From Bacillota bacterium (GTDB lineage: Bacteria; Bacillota; Clostridia; Acetivibrionales; DSM-1351): DNA of 49,266 nt. This document shows, one piece after another, positions 48,986 through 49,266 of the stretch; the stretch's first letter is position 1, and each line of letters opens with the position of its first letter. Made by a program: the position numbers and the translations under genes. Below the pieces are notes generated by a model. It ran no database searches. It had not been told where the DNA came from and saw only the letters and a program-made list of their open reading frames with translations. The stretch spans positions 1 through 49,266 of the forward strand of contig JAEWZA010000061.1 of NCBI GenBank assembly GCA_023395575.1. The letters are read 5' to 3'.

Positions 48986-49266
48986 TTATATTTTCCTCCT
49001 CTTTCAATAGTGGTATTTCAACATGAATGTTAAAGCCCTTTTCACCATCTGAACCAAATTTAATATTACCATTAAGAGAATTTATTCGTTGTTGCATGCC
49101 TTGTAGACCAAAACCCTTACCGATAGACAGTTCTTTGCACCCAACACCATTATCAAAAATAAAGAGCTTTATGCTATTATCTGAGAATTTTAGTATTATG
49201 CTTGCCTCGGATGCTTTACCATGTTTAATAGAATTTGTGAGAGCTTCTTGGCATATTCTGTATATT
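48963..49266 (-). CDS. Sensor histidine kinase, NarX/DesK-type (partial, C-terminal HATPase domain)
   Basis: Hand-translated: IYRICQEALTNSIKHGKA...FDNGVG...GFGLQGMQQRI...VEIPLLKEEENINDKSSVS*; overlaps the response regulator start by 23 nt. Confidence 0.9.
   Translation of the reverse strand, partial: IYRICQEALTNSIKHGKASEASIILKFSDNSIKLFIFDNGVGCKELSIGKGFGLQGMQQRINSLNGNIKFGSDGEKGFNIHVEIPLLKEEENINDKSSVS

Noticed and set aside
1..49266. CRISPR array, rRNA, tRNA, transposase or prophage
   Set aside because: No regularly spaced direct repeats, tRNA-like T-loop/cloverleaf or mobile-element proteins were seen; the repeats found are dispersed palindromes.

Overview
AT-rich chromosomal window from a clostridial Firmicute. 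Gene content and order (malate shunt, YesM/YesN-controlled sugar ABC importer, GH10, cphBA) suggest a cellulolytic Ruminiclostridium-like organism; this is inference. Left to right: partial alpha/beta hydrolase, PflX-like radical SAM, a ~9.4 kb atypical Tad/Flp-like pilus operon, a SPASM/twitch radical SAM, ABC-F plus DEAD-box helicase, AraC regulator, leuCDB, a stand-alone PRMT-like methyltransferase, cphBA, a possible ADP-ribosyltransferase-fold gene, birA, a disordered protein, coaX, mdh plus malic enzyme with Rex boxes, an RR-HK-RR / ABC importer / cytosolic GH10 / GH2 cluster, a nitroreductase and a NarL-type two-component pair. The best candidate for an undescribed system is the Tad-like operon. 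It is headed by a soluble non-RD Ser/Thr kinase fused to a degenerate MinD/ParA-like domain, and it carries three tandem 50-55 aa pilin-like genes, missed by the ORF track, that lack a prepilin leader and have no peptidase nearby. Other notable items are the PRMT-like protein with an intact double-E loop and several long intergenic inverted-repeat elements, two of which recur elsewhere in the window (one pair with compensatory base changes). No rRNA, tRNA, CRISPR array or transposase was seen. All calls come from reading motifs by eye; no searches were run.
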